A DNA stretch of 64,000 nucleotides from Rhynchobatus australiae (lineage: Eukaryota). Location: assembly GCA_034780895.1 (NCBI GenBank), contig JAUZTB010000002.1, positions 84,185,880 through 84,249,879 on the forward strand. Reading direction: 5' to 3'. Positions within the stretch are counted from its first letter, which is position 1. Every line of letters begins with the position of its first letter. A program made the translations under genes and the position numbers. Positions 1 through 12,600 of the stretch are shown piece by piece. The notes under the pieces are model-generated. The model was not told the DNA's origin. It searched no databases and was given only the letters and a program-made list of their open reading frames with translations.

Positions 1-781
1 AAAGAGAGATGTTATGGATGCGATGGAAGGTGAAGAACTCTATACAATCGATATCACTAAAGAGGTAGTGATGAGCAAACTAGTGGACCTAAAGGTAGAC
101 AAGTCCCCTGGTCCTGATGGGATGCACCCCAGGGTACTGAAGAAAATGGCAGGAGTTATACTAGAGGCATTTGTGATAATTTGCCAAAATTATCTGGACT
201 CTGGGCAGGTCCCAGTGGATTGGAAAACAGCAAATGTCAAGCCACTGTTTAAAAAAGGATGTAGGCAAAAGGCTGGTAACTACAGGCCAGTTAGCTTAGC
301 ATCTGCAGTCGGGAAAATGCTTGAGGCTGTCATTAAGAAAGAAATAGCGAGACATCTGGATAGAAGTGCTTCCATCAGGCAGACACAACATGGATTCAGG
401 AAGGGCAGGTCCTTTTTGACAAACTTACTGGAATTCTTTGAGGATATAGTCAACGCAGTGGATAGAGGGGAATAGGTGGATGTTGTATACTTGGATTTCC
501 AGAAGGCGTTCAATAAGGTGCCACATGAAGACTTATCCATAATATAAGGATACATAGAGTTGGGGGTAATATATTAGCATGGAGAGAGGATTGGGTAACC
601 AAAAGAAGGCAGAGAGTTGGAATAAATAAGTGTTTCTGTGGCTGGTAAGCAGAGTGCCGCAGGGGTCGGTGCTGAGCCCGCAACTGTTCACGGCCACATC
701 AGCCATGATCTTATTGAATGGCAGAGCAGGCTCGACGGGCCAGATGGCCTACTCCTGTTCCTATCTCTTATGTTCTTATGT
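1..781 (+). mobile_element. CR1-clade LINE fragment (decayed ORF2 reverse transcriptase plus 3' UTR, internally deleted)
   Basis: ORF 14-475 reads KVDKSPGPDGMHPRVL...DWKTANVKPLFKKG...NYRPVSL...QHGFRKGRSFLTNLLEFFE. After an in-frame TAG it continues VDVVYLDFQKAF, then VPQGSVL at about 653-673. It ends in a CR1-type tail (atcagccatgatcttattgaatggc...cttatgttcttatg). Confidence 0.92.
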
Positions 782-3199
782 TGATAACAAAATTATGCAT
801 GACCTAGTATGATGAGCCACTTTCTTCAGGATTCATTAATTACATTAACTCTGCAGTCACTGTTGTACAAATTGTGGAAGTGAGGAGCTATTCACTTCAG
901 ACTTGGGAAGACTCCTGATTATATTTATGGAAATATTATTGATCTAGGTTCATGAAATCCATATTTTAACTTGGTTGGCACTAAAAAGTTACAGTTTGGC
1001 TGCATATCCTTCTGGGAGAAATGATGACCTTTTTGTGGAGGGCATTAGGGATGTGAAAATATTTTTAAAAATCACAAAATCCCAGGAAGGTAGAGCTCAG
1101 AAGGAGGCTGTTCGGCCAATCCTGCTCATGGAATTAAGAGTTGACTATATTGCTGCTAGTCTGAAGTCTCAAATAGGTAACAAATTTCCTACATCCTAGA
1201 GGGCATGAATGAGCTGGATCTGTCTTTTCATTCATCTGGTGTTTTCATAGTCATATTACTATGTTTTTAATTCATAGATTTATTTAATTAAGTGACTAAT
1301 CTTAAAGACCAGAGCTGCAATAATGGGATTTGAACCTGTCTGGTGATCATTGATCAAGGCCTTGATTATTACTTTGACATTAATAAGAAGGATGCTGTTA
1401 CACCTCGTATCTTTAGGTCCTTCTATAAAGAGGACTGTCACAGGGCTGAGACTGTGATTTATGAACCTGTTAATTGACGTACTTAAATAACAGCAAAAGA
1501 TCAGCACAGAAAATTAAATACAATTATGGTGTACAAGTTATAACTCCACAACATATTAGGATGAGTGTTCTTATAACTTATCTAGCAATATTGAACCTGC
1601 AGCAGCATCCATAGTACAGACCTTATGCATGAGGTTGAGAGGATGCCCCAGAGCCTTCACTTGCTCATCACAAAACAGACTGAAATATGCTTGGACAGGA
1701 AGAACTGCTGAGCAGACCAAAAGTTGTCAGATATCTCATTTTCAATTAGCACTTTCAAAACAGCCTAGCTAACATGCCAATCACAGGAAACCTGCCTTCC
1801 CTCCTACACCCTTTGGCAGGTTGGCAGCTAGCTTTATCGCTCCTCTTTGCCTTTGGAAGCAACTTCCCAAACATTGATAATTTGGTTTTCTGACTGGGCA
1901 TAAAAATGTCACTGATATCACTTGGTCATTGGATAATGGTATCAGTTTGAGTGTTAACTTTATAAACTTCTATGATATTTTAGCACCAATCAAAAGTGAT
2001 GCCCTTTCAAATTTTAGTAACTTAAAAGGTAAGTATATGAATAATGTTATGACACTAATTTATCATTCTAGGGCCTNNNNNNNNNNNNNNNNNNNNNNNN
2101 NNNNNNNNNNNNNNNNNNNNNNNNNNNNNNNNNNNNNNNNNNNNNNNNNNNNNNNNNNNNNNNNNNNNNNNNNNNNNNNNNNNNNNNNNNNNNNNNNNNN
2201 NNNNNNNNNNNNNNNNNNNNNNNNNNNNNNNNNNNNNNNNNNNNNNNNNNNNNNNNNNNNNNNNNNNNNNNNNNNNNNNNNNNNNNNNNNNNNNNNNNNN
2301 NNNNNNNNNNNNNNNNNNNNNNNNNNNNNNNNNNNNNNNNNNNNNNNNNNNNNNNNNNNNNNNNNNNNNNNNNNNNNNNNNNNNNNNNNNNNNNNNNNNN
2401 NNNNNNNNNNNNNNNNNNNNNNNNNNNNNNNNNNNNNNNNNNNNNNNNNNNNNNNNNNNNNNNNNNNNNNNNNNNNNNNNNNNNNNNNNNNNNNNNNNNN
2501 NNNNNNNNNNNNNNNNNNNNNNNNNNNNNNNGCGTGTGAGAGAGAGAATAAGTTGGAAGAGTACAGTGAAATAAGCGGAGGGGGAATGGAATAATGGGCT
2601 AATTGGAATTGCTCCCCTGTGAGGCAGCATGGACCTAATGGGTTGAATGGCTTCCCTGTGTTATTTCTAAGAATAAGATTTCACTCAGCATACCTGGAGA
2701 AAATCATGATGTATTACAGTATTAATTGTCATTGCCCTTTGAGGAAGAGAGTTCCAAAGATTCCCAACCTAAGAGGGTTCTGACAGGACAAAAAAAATGC
2801 CTCATCTCCACCTTAAATAGGTGACCCCTTACTTTTAAGCATTGACTTCTAGTTCTAAATTCTTCCAAAAGGTGACGGATCCTCTCTAGATCCAGCCCTG
2901 CAGGATCTTGTGTACTTCAATTATTCTTCTGAACTCCCAACAGGTGTGCCTAACCTGTCTAACCTTTCCTCGGAAGGCACACCTCGGAAGTCTAAAAGCC
3001 AGGTGTAGCAGTGAATATCTTTTGTTCATCCCTCCAATCTTAAGAAATATTCACCCAATTTCCCTTGAAGTTTGTGCACATTGTCTTCGAAGCTACCCCT
3101 CCACCACCCTCTGAGCAAAGTGCTTCTATTGTCAACCTTGTGGTAGCTTTCTCACCTCTTCAGTTAGAAGGGCACAAGATTACGTCCCATTTCACCTCT

Positions 3200-3560
3200 C
3201 ATAATACTGTACTGAACTCTCAATGTGAATTGAGGGAATGCTGCACTGTTGGAGTTGCAACCTTTGGATGTGATAGTTACCTGAACTTCTATCTCCCAAG
3301 TGTGTAAAAGTTTCTATGGCACCATTTGAAGTAGCGCAAGGTCTGCCCAACCACTTAGCTTTGAACCAACACCGTTAAACCAGATTATCTGCCCATTTAT
3401 CGCATAATTGCCGGTTGAATTTGCTGTGTTCGAATTGGCAGATATATTTCCCTATACCAGGCTAGTAAGTGTATTTGAGAGGAACTTATTTGGCTGTGAA
3501 GTGATTTGGAATATCATGATGGTGTGAAGAGCATTATCTAATGCAAGTTCTTTTGTCTTT
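3200..3560 (+). mobile_element. Decayed DeuSINE-superfamily SINE (SacSINE1/AmnSINE1-like)
   Basis: Recognisable blocks gggaatgctgcactgttggag, aaaccagattatctg and attggctgtgaagtgatttgg, with tail gtgaagagcattatctaatgcaagttc. Assigned from recalled consensus. Confidence 0.55.
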
Positions 3561-4794
3561 TTGTTTTGCTCGTGGCCATCCTGAGTACGTCATCACGATG
3601 CAATTCATTAGTTTAATGAATGGTTGATAGGTGAATACCTTCACCTAAAATTGGAAATAGGGCTAGCATTTGCATCATATGGTATTGCCATTGATGAGGG
3701 GAATCTGACCATGTAAGTTTTGTGAGCAGCAATATATGAATCTGAAATTTAGTGCTCTGAGTCTTTGATAGAAGAAGATAAACACATTAAGACTTCAGCA
3801 TTTTTATTTTCTCTGATGTACAGTGTCTTTTTTTTCTCCCTAGATATATTGCTTCTGATGGAAATCGATTATGTTCTTTCAGAATTGTTGGTTGACGACA
3901 CCAGAATATTTGTTGTTCAATATAAACAAAATTTTTATCCCTTCATTCTTTCTACCCTTGCAGATTCCTGAGCTGAGAACCCATACCCTGCAGCAAATTC
4001 CACCCTCTCAAAGAAATCCAGTTGGTTAAATATATATGAACTTTATTTCTAAACTTTTAAGACATGAATTTTATGGGTAAAATAAATTAAATTTTGGAAT
4101 ATGTTATAAGGAGGAAATGAATTCTGCCCTGCAAACTGTTAATATTCTTTATGAAAATCTGTGTTATCCTGGGAGGCATTTGATTAACATTCACAACTCT
4201 GGTCTATTCAACATCTTGGTTCAACCTCCGTCTTTTCTGGAAGACCATCTGAATTCATTTAAACTGTACCATTGTTACTAAATTATGATAGGCGTACTGA
4301 AGGATGGACTTCGAGTGATAGAGTTGTCATAACACAGTTGGCATTTGAATTTAGATGCATCTGAATGAAATACCACAGTGTATATATTAATTCTTTAAAT
4401 GCTATATTTGTTTTTACAAAGGTACAAATGTTAAAAATTTTATTTTAAGTTTCTTTTCTTTAGGAATGTAAGAAGACCCAGAACCAGGCAACACAATATA
4501 TAACATCACAGACCTATTCAGGGGCACAGTTACATTATTTCAACAGCCTGTTTGCCCCTTACCTTAGCATTTTAATTGTATTTAATAAATGAAACTTCAA
4601 AGAAAATGGGGTGAGAGTAAGAGCACCCAGTATTTTTTTTCCTCCTTTGTTGCTTGTGACAGTGTCCAGGGAATGAATCATTAGTGATTGGAGACTCCAG
4701 TCTTCAGGGCAATGCAGAAAGGGGTAAAAGAGGCAGGAAAGAATTGGGGTGAAGGATCGAGAAAGTCAGTTCAGCTACAGGAATACTTCTGCTA

Positions 4795-5400
4795 TAGAGT
4801 CATACTGCACAAAAGCAGGCCCTTCAGCCCATCATTTCCATGTCAATTATCACATCCACATTCATACATATCCCATTTTTCAGTATTTGGCCTGTATCCT
4901 TTTGTGCCTTGGTGATTCAAGTGATAAGTATTGTGAGTGTCTCTGTCTCTACCACCCCCTCAGCCAGTTAGTTCCATATTTCAAACACCTTCTGGGTGAA
5001 AATTTCTTCTTCAGATCCCCTCTAAACTTCCCGTAATTTACCTTAGANNNNNNNNNNTGTTCGACACCCCTCCAAAGTAGAAACATTTTTCACTTATCTA
5101 CTCTACTTACACCCCTCATAACTTTGTATGACCTCAATCAGATACCTCCTCAGCCTTTCCCACTTGAAGGAAAATAAATCCAGCCTCAAGCAGGCAACAT
5201 CCTGGTAAATCTCCTCCACCCTCTCTCCTGTGCAGTTATGTCCTCTCTATAGTGCGGCGACCAGAACTGCACAAGATACCCCAGCTGTGGCCGAACTGAT
5301 GTTTTGTATAGTTGTGTCATAACCTCCCTGTTATGTTCAATGACTTAACTAATGAAGACAAGCATCCTGTATGCCTTCTTAACTATCTTATCTACCCATA
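4795..5400 (-). mobile_element. CR1 LINE 3' fragment
   Basis: Reverse complement of a CR1 3' end (tagagtcatactgcacaaaagcaggcccttcagccc) and of the ORF2 C-terminal motif (ggcgaccagaactgcaca = VQFWSP on the minus strand). Confidence 0.8.
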
Positions 5401-6309
5401 TTCCAGACTTGACAGTGTATGTACTATATTGACATAAAGCTTAAATAAATACCAATCTGACACATTTTTTTAAATAAAGTTTTCATTAAACAAGATTACT
5501 GATTTAGTTCCTTATGTTTCTTCTGATTTTCCAGTAATTTGGAGCAGGGATTCAAGTAGCTACATTCAATATAAAACCTACAGGGGGACGTAATTAGTCT
5601 CCTAACTAATGTCTGGAAGTGACAGGGAGATTGTTACACCGAGGCTCAGCAACACAATTCGAGCCACTTCAGAGTTTGGTTAAAGGTCAGTAGCTTGAAA
5701 ATGGGCTACTTCTCCATTCAAACACACTGCAGCTTACTAGTGGGATGAGCACTGTCAATGAAATGTACTTGATTTTCTAAAATAACTGAGTTCTCAGTAG
5801 GGAACAAGATTATTTGACAGGGAGAAAAATCAACTCTGGGCTTCCCGCTTTGCCACCAGATAATTGGCACCAGACCTAATTTAACAATGTGACCTGATGT
5901 TCCTGAGCTGCAACAGAACTGTACTGGAAGTATTGGCTTGCTTGATTTGCTGGATCACCCCGTTTAAATAGAATAAGCAGATTCTTCGATTATTTAAACT
6001 GGTGTTATACGTAAGGTACCAGGAAACTTCTTCCCCCATCCCCTCCCCAGCTTTGCTCATCCCCTTTGGGTGTCAAAGTGTTGGGCATGGAGGGTTTGGC
6101 TCACACTTTGGGGGGCACTTACCAACTTGCAGGTTGTTCATTCATCCAGCCAAATTTCTTGGTAGTAGAGCCCCAGTAGGAGCAACATCCATTCCTAGTC
6201 ATAGGGAGCCATAGAATTAAAAGGACAAAAGAAGATCCTTGGATCATGGCTACTGATGCTTTTGATAGGATTTGTCCCAAGTACCCTTCAGCACTGAAAA
6301 TCCCATTTG

Positions 6310-6545
6310 GTGGTGGATAGGATCAAGATTAGGATTAAACAGACCATTTTTGAGTTGGGAGGCTGTGACCAATGGTGTACTGAGGCCTCAGAGGTTCACC
6401 ATCTATGTTAGTAATTAAGATGAGGGCATAATAAATAATATGTCCAGGTTTGCTGATGATACAAAGCTGGGTGGCTGTGCAGGTTCTTGGGAAGGTCCAG
6501 ATAGGTATTAGGTAGACGTGGAAATGTTATATAAATGAGAGAAGA
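6310..6545 (+). mobile_element. CR1 LINE reverse-transcriptase fragment
   Basis: tccaggtttgctgatgatacaaagctgggtggc = SRFADDTKLGG, the RT catalytic motif. Flanks are degenerate. Confidence 0.7.
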
Positions 6546-6566
6546 TGTGGCAGTTTAATAATCTGC

Positions 6567-6840
6567 AGCCCTTTGTTGCCTCTACCAATCATCTCCCAGC
6601 CTCTATCACTGTTTCCACCCTTCCCTCCCCCCACCTGACTCCATCTGCCAATTAACCCCTCCTCACCTGGATCTATCTATCACTTGCTGGATCTTGCCCC
6701 ACTCACCTCTTTACACTGGGTTTTCTCCCCTCTACTCTCTCAGTCCACATGAAGGGTCGTGACCTGAAACATTGACTGTCCATTTCCCTCTACGGATGCT
6801 GCTCGACCCACTGAGTTCCTCTAGCAGTTTGTTTTTTTTT
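6567..6840 (+). mobile_element. Penelope-like element terminal (pLTR-type) fragment with hammerhead-like motif
   Basis: Pyrimidine-rich tract followed by cagtc-cacatga-agggtcgtgacct-gaaac-att-gactg and the dispersed tail gatgctgctcgacccactgagttcctctagcag. An oppositely oriented copy of the same family starts at about 6952 and runs into a gap. Confidence 0.6.
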
Positions 6841-7479
6841 TGTCAGGTGGCAAGCAATTAGTTGCTTTTAGAAATATGAACAGTACTATCATAAAAGGAA
6901 ACTTTTGACCGATATGACACCACATAATGATGAATATTGCTGCTTTGGAGATCACAAGAGACTACAGATGCTAGAATCTGGAGCAAAAAAAACAAACTGC
7001 TGGAGGAACTCAGCGNNNNNNNNNNNNNNNNNNNNNNNNNNNNNNNNNNNNNNNNNNNNNNNNNNNNNNNNNNNNNNNNNNNNNNNNNNNNNNNNNNNNN
7101 NNNNNNNNNNNNNNNNNNNNNNNNNNNNNNNNNNNNNNNNNNNNNNNCGTAAAGACTCCATCATTTTATTTCCTTTACACTGTCTCTAATAAGACCATCT
7201 GAAACTCCGTTGGGTCGTAGGCACTGATGAATTGTCCTATTCCTATCTATATAGTCACACATCAAATTGGACACTAAGTTATTTATGTCTTAAGCTCTTG
7301 AGTCCCCTTATTGCTAATATTTTGCACAACTTCCGTATGGAGAAAGGGAGGCTGGAATTTTAAAAATGATCTGAGTGACATGTTATTTCCAATCTGACCC
7401 TACTAAAGATAGAGTGAATCAATTTCAAATGATACTTTTGTGGGTTTTCTTCACATTGAAAATATTTTTGTCTCAACAG

Positions 7480-7605
7480 TGACAGCAGATGAATTATGGC
7501 GGGGCGTGCTGGCAGAATCTGGTGCCGGAGCACGAAAGGGGAGGGGTAAACGAACTAAGAGGAAGATAAAGAAAGATTTGAACAGAGGACAGATGGTTGG
7601 TGAAG
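7480..7605 (+). CDS. MRPS5: Mitochondrial ribosomal protein S5 (uS5m), internal coding exon (equivalent to human exon 4), 126 nt, phase 1-1
   Basis: Acceptor tttttgtctcaacag| and donor GAAG|gtaagt. Translates (x)[41 protein letters not shown](G), matching MRPS5 [43 protein letters not shown]. Confidence 0.96.
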
Positions 7606-8422
7606 GTAAGTGACAATAACATTTAATGAAGTTTAAAATTTGTGAAACCCCGTTCCAATAAAGGTAGTTCAGCACAACAATACTTCCCCACATCTTCATT
7701 CCAGTTGCTGGGTTTAATGTCATTTGAATATTAGGGTAGCCTTCTGTGCTATTTGCAGCATATATGACAAAGGGGAATAGTTACCTAGTGGTTCAGTTTC
7801 TCATAACCTCGAGGCCTGGATCACAGGTCTGAAGAGATGGCTGTGTCACAGAATGGCAATATTAACTGAAGTAAAGTTTCTGTACTTTTTATCTAAATTC
7901 ACTTCAATAAGCTATTAATTCCACCAAATTAGGGGTGAAGAATGGAAGGTAAAAGGAGATGGTAAACCTCATCATTTGGATACTTGTGAAAGTGAAAGAA
8001 ATACTGGTGTGAAAGTTTTTTTTTAAAAATGTTGGAAATACTCAGCAGACAAATGAGCACTTGTGGAGAAAGAAATAAGAGTTAGCATTTCAGACTGATG
8101 ATCTTTCCGGAAAACAGGTTTATAAATCAAACATTTTAAGTTAAAGACAAGGTGCTGCCTGATCTGGGTATTTCGAGATTCCCAGCATCTGCAGTTTTCT
8201 TTTCAACAGGTGTGAGAGAATGGGAAATAGAATGGTGTAATACTAACAGCTTTGCAATTTGAATGATTTATGCTCCTGACTGGCGAATGTAATTTCCAGA
8301 GGGAGTATAGTATGGGAGTACATGACTTGAATTTCCTATGTTTAGAGTGTTCTGCTGATGTATAGATGTTATTAACCTTGGCTGAATGCATTTTAAGCAG
8401 ATCTCTTGAATTGTTTTTTTAG

Positions 8423-8656
8423 GACGAGCTGGCTTCCTCTGGCCTGGATTAAACGCTCCTGTTGTGAAAAGTGGAACCATTCAATCAATCGGAAAGCGTG
8501 ACCAAAAGCAGCAGGAAGACCTGCAGGCACAAGCCCTTCGACAGCAGGAGGAATGGGACAAGAAAAGGAAGATGAAAGTTAAAAGAGAAAGAGGCTGGAC
8601 TGGTAGCTCCTGGGGCGGCATCAGCCTGGGTCCCCCTGACCCAGGTCCTAATGGAG
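8423..8656 (+). CDS. MRPS5: Mitochondrial ribosomal protein S5, internal coding exon (equivalent to human exon 5), 234 nt, phase 1-1
   Basis: Acceptor ttgtttttttag| and donor GGAG|gtaggg. Translates (G)[77 protein letters not shown](E), which carries the diagnostic MRPS5 motifs GFLWPGLN and [22 protein letters not shown]. Confidence 0.97.
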
Positions 8657-9214
8657 GTAGGGGAAAGATTCTGTAACCAGTAAGCTCAAGCAAATGCTGC
8701 CAAAGTATAGAAAAATAGTTCACATCACTGAACTTTCTACAATTGTTGTTTGCTATAATGTGCATTACTTCTTCATCAGTAAACTGCACCTTCCATGTGT
8801 CCTTAACCCAGAAGTGAAGTGTTTCATTTAATAACTGTGTAGCTTTTTAGGATCTACTAGCCTGTATTAATGGAGTTCCTGTATCAGTCAAGGCTGGGCA
8901 TTTACCTTGGATGAATAGTTCTGAGTTCAATAATCCACTGCTTTAGCTGCCAAGGCATTTCAGCTTTCAAGTTGATTGCCAGAGAAAATAAGTTTCTTTT
9001 GTTGAGGAGAAGCTTTAACTGCAATGATTGTTATCATAGAACATCTACAGCTCAAAGGGAAGCCAGTTAGTCCATTGGGTCTGTGTTGGCTCCTAGTAGA
9101 TTAATCTCATCAGTTCTCTTGCGCTGCTTTTCCCTGTAGCCCTACTCATTATTTTCTTACAGGTGCCTATCCAATTGATTGTTGAAATGCCTGATTGATT
9201 CTGTTTCTTTTTAA

Positions 9215-9645
9215 GGGATGTGTGTCTTGCAGGCTGAGCCAGCATTTAATTGCCCATTCCTAGCTGTGCTGGAGAAGGCGGTGGTGAGCTGCTTTCTCAA
9301 ACCACTGCAATCCTTGAGGTGTGGCTATACCCACAATTCTGTTAGGGAGGGAGTTATAGGATTTTGACCCAGTGACAGTGAGATAGATTTCCAAGTCAGG
9401 AGGATGTATGCCTTGGTGGTGTTCCCATGCTTTTGCTGTCCTTGCCCTTCCAGCTGGTAGAGGTTGTGATTTGGAAGGTGCTGTCTAAGGAGGCTTGGCG
9501 AGTTGCTGCAGTGCATCCTGTGGATGGTACAAACTGCTGCTACTGCACATCGGTGGTGGAGTGAGTGAATGGTTATGGCTGGGGTGCCTGTCAAGCAAGC
9601 TGCTGTGTCCTGTATGGTGGTAAGCTTCTTGAGTGCCGTTGAAGT
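9215..9645 (-). mobile_element. Old CR1-like LINE 3' fragment (second family)
   Basis: Minus ORF 9325-9648 reads KLTTIQDTAACL...IHSLHHRCAVAAVCTIHRMHCSNSPSLLRQHLPN, resembling a non-LTR ORF2 C-terminus. Related decayed pieces occur near 14710-15070 and 31030-32050. Confidence 0.65.
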
Positions 9646-12600
9646 CACAAGGTTCTGCTCTTGTAGACTGTGTGTTCTGGATTATAACTGCTTTATGCTT
9701 AAAATCATTTGGTGTAGGTGGGCCAATACTAGATAAGGCTTTTGTAACTGTGAACAGCAGGTGACTGCTTCAAGGTGAAATTGGCATTGGTTGAATCAAT
9801 AATCCATATTTGAATAGATATGGAACTTGAAACATGTATGAAATATTTGCAATGATTTCTCCATGGAGAGCTGAAGTAAATAGAGTATTCTCTGGAATCT
9901 TCAACCACTTTGCTGAAGTTTACACAAGCCAAATAATTTGAAATTGGAAGTTCCATTCACTGCCTCTATACTGTCTAAGATTGCACATTTTTCATTGGCC
10001 TGTATGCCTTTTGCTCTATTGAAAACTCTTTACTTTCACCTGAATCACTGCTTGATTGGAAATCATCCTGTTCAGTCTTTATTCCTTGCCCTTGCATCAC
10101 CCCTGCAGTTTGCACTATGATGTTCAATTTTTTAGGATGTCAGGAGATTATTATTAAAGCAGAGTGCCAGACTCCTTTATTATAGTGTGCTGTGGTTCCC
10201 TATTGGCTCAAGTGCAGGAATGCATTTTACTTTGATCAGGAGCTCTTAGCACACAGCAGGGTCAAGCCTTGAATGCAGTCAAAGGCACAAAATTTACTTC
10301 TTGCACTGTGGGGCATTGTTGGCAGCAGAAGCACCATTTCAGCAGCTTTTAACCAAGTAAAACTACTGTTGCTGGTGTGGTAGCCTGTAGCTAACGAGGG
10401 CATGTGTATATGCTTTCAAAAAAATAGGAAATGAAATTTATCTTTGATTGTAGTTCAAAATGGGCAAAAGTGACAGATTTCATGCAAAAGAAAATCATGC
10501 GAGCTGCAAAATAGGGTGTCAATTCACTCATCTGTTGAAGTAAGTTTCTCAACAGTAGAACTTGTAAAATTAATCTAGTGATGCTGTAGGAANNNNNNNN
10601 NNNNNNNNNNNNNNNNNNNNNNNNNNNNNNNNNNNNNNNNNNNNNNNNNNNNNNNNNNNNNNNNNNNNNNNNNNNNNNNNNNNNNNNNNNNNGAACTTGT
10701 AAAATTAATCTAGTGATGATGTAGGAATATTTACGGTTAGCTTGGCAGGGATTGAAGTTTGAATCATTAAAATAAATCTGAACTAGACTTAATGAAAATT
10801 TGAGTAGGTGGGAGCTGTTTCACATAGGAACTGAATCGCTGAATTGAAGCAGTAAGTTTTGTTAAACGTTTTTTTTCTGACTTCATTTATTTTATCATCG
10901 GCATTGCACTGGTCAGCTCTGCTGATTTTTTTCATATGGAGGTGAAGTTATATACTTACCTCTCTATTTACAGAGGCATAGTACAGCACAGCACAGGAGC
11001 AGGGCCTTCAGCCCACGATGTCTGTGCTGATCATGATGCCAAATTAAACTAAACCTATATCCCTGCACATAATCTATGTGCCTCTATTCCCTGTTGACAT
11101 TGTGTAGGTTTCTGGTTTTGCAGATAGCCCACATGTAATTGTTTGCACACAGTGCTTGAAGATGGGTGAACTATTTTCATATTTCCATATTCTTTATAAT
11201 TATACATCTGAAAATGTATTGGCATTTATTAAAATTGTATCTTTCCATAACCTTTGAACATTGTTTAACGATGTACTTCTTGTGTATAGATTGTCCTGCA
11301 GTTGGGGACCTATACTATGCAGGATTTCTATCCTCTAAGTGAAGTAATCTTGGTAGTAATGTAACCGTCTCTCAAGTGCCTCTACAATTCTCAAGTTGAA
11401 GTCCCCTTTTCCATCACTCATGCACCTAGTGAGATCCAGATCATAAATTGCACCCATGCTTCTTGAGGGGGGGGGGGAGCTTATTTTCACATCCTCCCAA
11501 AAACAGATTATGATTTGGTATCTTCCCAAAGTGGGGTTTGAACACTTGGAATTGTTGGTGCAGATTACAATTAGCATCACCTTCAACTCCAGAAAACCTA
11601 TTGAATTGAAATTCCTTGTGGTAAGATTGAACTTCGGTCCCCAGATTGGTTGGGCAGCCTTCTAGATACTAAATTACTATATCACCATGTCTCAGTTTCT
11701 TTTATTGCCTCCCAAACATAATCGCTTGCAGGGAACAGTTTCAGTAAGTACCACATTGCTGGTTTGATATCATATAAGCCAAGCCTGGAAATGTTCCCCA
11801 ATGGATTTTTTAAAGCAATCCAGGAGATTCATGGTTTCGTGGTCAGATTCATTTAATTGTTTTAATTTTAATTCCTCAGCTGCTGCTGTGGGATTCACAC
11901 TAATGTCTCTCAATTGCATTTCAGGCCTCTAGATTCAAGCCACCGTAGTACTGTACACTGAAAAGGGATGATCTCAATTCTGACTGCCCTTTTTGTTAGA
12001 TGTTACTCAGTACTCCCAATTGAGACTTTTCTCTATAACTGTCTCTTCAATTCAACTTTTGGCCTCCTGTCCTAGTTTCCCCATTTTGTCTGATTCAGGC
12101 TCCTGTGAAGTGCCTTGGGACCCTCACTATATTGAAGATACTAATATAAATGCATTAATGTCCTAGTTTACTTGCATAGTCAGCATTTCAGTTACAAAGA
12201 GTAGAACAGCTTTAGCTCTGTACCTAGCCAGCTTGTCAGTGTGATACAGGGACGTGTGCAGAATTTTAAATTCGCCAGCTTTTTAAGGAGCAGGTGAATG
12301 TGATGTAATCATGTGAACATCTGCAGGGGTGTCCATGACCTCATCAGATTAATTGAGGGATGGAGGGGTAGGTGAGAGGAGGGGACACTCCTGCTGTTCC
12401 TCCTTGGTGCGCACCCCTGTTGCCATATTAATAAAATTGGTGCAGTATTTACTTTCCTAATGTTACTTGCAGCTTTATTAAATAGAACTGTATGTTATAT
12501 TTAGAACCTGTATCACACTTACTATTGTTTCTCATTAGATTTCTCATAACTCGCAAGATTCAAAATAGATTCGCAGTTTAAAATATCCTAGAATCAGCTT

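Noticed and set aside
1929-2630. Long ORFs spanning N-runs (also 22115-22753, 47619-48302, 62506-63591)
   Set aside because: Their length comes from X codons across assembly gaps; they are not genes.
4464-4467. Strong acceptor ttcttttctttag followed by GAAT and gtaaga (possible 4-nt microexon, or the missing SFF-containing exon)
   Set aside because: A 4-nt exon would frameshift, and reading AGT TTC TTT as SFF gives the wrong phase at the donor. There is no supporting homology.
8464-8676. ORF-track 70-aa protein
   Set aside because: It is part of the MRPS5 exon 8423-8656 reading through the donor site, not a separate gene.
10558-10727. 35-bp direct repeat flanking a 100-N gap (one mismatch)
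   Set aside because: Typical overlapping contig ends or haplotype difference around a fixed-size scaffold gap; assembly artefact rather than TSD or LTR.
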